Below are positions 62,655-64,000 of a DNA stretch of 64,000 bases, in pieces (position 1 is the stretch's first letter; each line of letters begins with the position of its first letter). Source of the DNA: an uncultured Solirubrobacterales bacterium. Its GTDB lineage: Bacteria; Actinomycetota; Thermoleophilia; Solirubrobacterales; Solirubrobacteraceae. The position numbers and the translations under genes are program-made. The notes beneath the pieces were generated by a model that had not been told where the DNA came from, made no database searches, and was given only the letters and a program-made list of their open reading frames with translations. The DNA is taken from the NCBI GenBank assembly GCA_963738195.1, contig CAVTVF010000002.1, positions 1,926,992 to 1,990,991 on the forward strand. Direction: 5' to 3'.

Positions 62655-64000
62655 GTGACCGAGCTCGCCCCGGGACGATCGTCGACGGGCGCTACAAGGT
62701 CGATCGGGCGGCTCGGCAGCGGGCGGCATGGCCGATGTGTTCCTGGCCGAGGACCAGCAGCTCGGCCGCAAGCTCGCACTCAAGCTGCTGCACAGCCGCT
62801 TCGCCGAGGACGAGGGCTTCGTGGAGCGCTTCCGCCGCGAGGCCCAGGCCGCCGCGGGCCTCCAGCACCCGAACGTGGTCGGCGTCTACGACCGAGGCGC
62901 ATACGACGGCACCTACTACATCGCGATGGAGTACGTGCCCGGCAGGACGCTCAAGCAGCTGGTCGCCGAAGAGGCGCCGCTGGACCCGGTGCGGGCGATC
63001 GACCTGACGACCGAGATCCTCAAGGCGGTGCGCTTCGCCCACCGGCACGGGGTGATCCATCGCGATCTGAAGCCCCACAACGTGATCGTCGACGACTCCG
63101 ACCACGCCAAGGTGACCGACTTCGGCATCGCGCGCGCGGGCGCCTCGGATATGACCGAGACCGGTTCGATTCTCGGCACGGCGCAGTATCTCTCGCCCGA
63201 GCAGGCACAGGGCCACGCCGTCAGCCCCTCCTCCGACCTCTACTCGGTCGGCGTGATCCTCTACGAGCTGCTCACGGGCCGGGTGCCGTTCGACGCCGAG
63301 GCCGCCGTCACGATCGCGATCAAGCACGTCTCGGAGGCGCCGGTGGCGCCGCGCACCCTCAACCCGGCGATCCCGCCCGAGCTCGAACAGGTCGTCCTCT
63401 GGTCGCTCAACAAGAATGCGGCTGACCGGCCTGCCGACGCTCAGGAGCTGATCGAGGCGTTGAGCCACGCCAGGAAGGCGATCCTGTCGGGCGCGGTGAC
63501 GGAGCACACGCAGGCGATGGCGGCGGCTCCTGTGGCCGTGCCGGCGGGTGCGAGCGACATCTCGCCTCCTGCCCCGTACCCGAGTACCGGAGCCGAGACG
63601 TCGCTGGCGCCCGCACTTGCCCCCATGGGCGACGGCCAAACCGCGCTCCAGCCTCCCGCCGCCGCCCCCTCCCACGCGCCGGAGGCGCGATGTATGGCTG
63701 TGGGTGGTGCTGGTGGCGCTGCTGCTGGCGGCCGCCGGAGCGGCGGCCTACTACCTCTTGAGCGCGCCGACCCAGGTGGCGGTGCCCTCGGTTACGGGCC
63801 AAGAAGCTGTCGGTTGCCCAGCCCACCCTGCAGCGGGCTGGCTTCAAGGTGAGTGTGAGCTACTCGCCGCAGCCAGCGCCGATCCGGGATCGTGCTGAGC
63901 GAGAGCCCGTCGGGCGGCTCTCAGGCGAATTCGGGATCGACCGTGAAGCTGACCGTGTCCCGGGGGCCGGGCACCGTGCCCGTGCCCCAGGTCCAGGGCG
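62655..64000 (+). CDS. pknB: Ser/Thr kinase PknB (PASTA type), frameshifted and truncated by the window end
   Basis: MADVFLAED, ERFRREAQ, HRDLKPHN, DFGIARA, GTAQYLSPEQ; TM and VPSVTG PASTA start in a shifted frame. Confidence 0.92.

Overview
High-GC actinobacterial DNA; gene content and order fit Thermoleophilia/Solirubrobacterales (inference, not a database result). The window spans the replication-origin region. From left to right it holds: (1) a heme/menaquinone/respiration run (hemB, ahbAB, hemL, a HepS-like ORF, a Rieske-b6-subunit IV/c complex, menG, polyprenyl synthase); (2) envelope genes (ABC exporter, four GT-C glycosyltransferases, GtrA, ddl); (3) a small accessory block (two-component system, SPFH plus RHH); (4) tRNA-Ile(GAT); (5) the parB-parA-rsmG-jag-yidC-yidD-rnpA-rpmH / dnaA-dnaN-recF-dciA-gyrB-gyrA core, with a 423-aa LAGLIDADG intein in gyrA; (6) HNH nuclease and pheA; (7) the fhaA-fhaB-pstP-rodA-pbpA-pknB cluster. 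Frameshifts cluster at both ends and look like assembly errors. Three leads stand out. First, a stand-alone single-motif LAGLIDADG-like gene heads the rsmG-parA-parB operon, and its -35 hexamer lies between two parS half-sites split by 13 bp. Second, DnaA has altered box-reading residues and the putative origin has ...GACA boxes instead of ...CCACA. Third, a ~170-nt structured intergenic element carries 16 nt complementary to the 16S rRNA 3' end plus a 14-codon ORF. All calls were made by eye, without searches.
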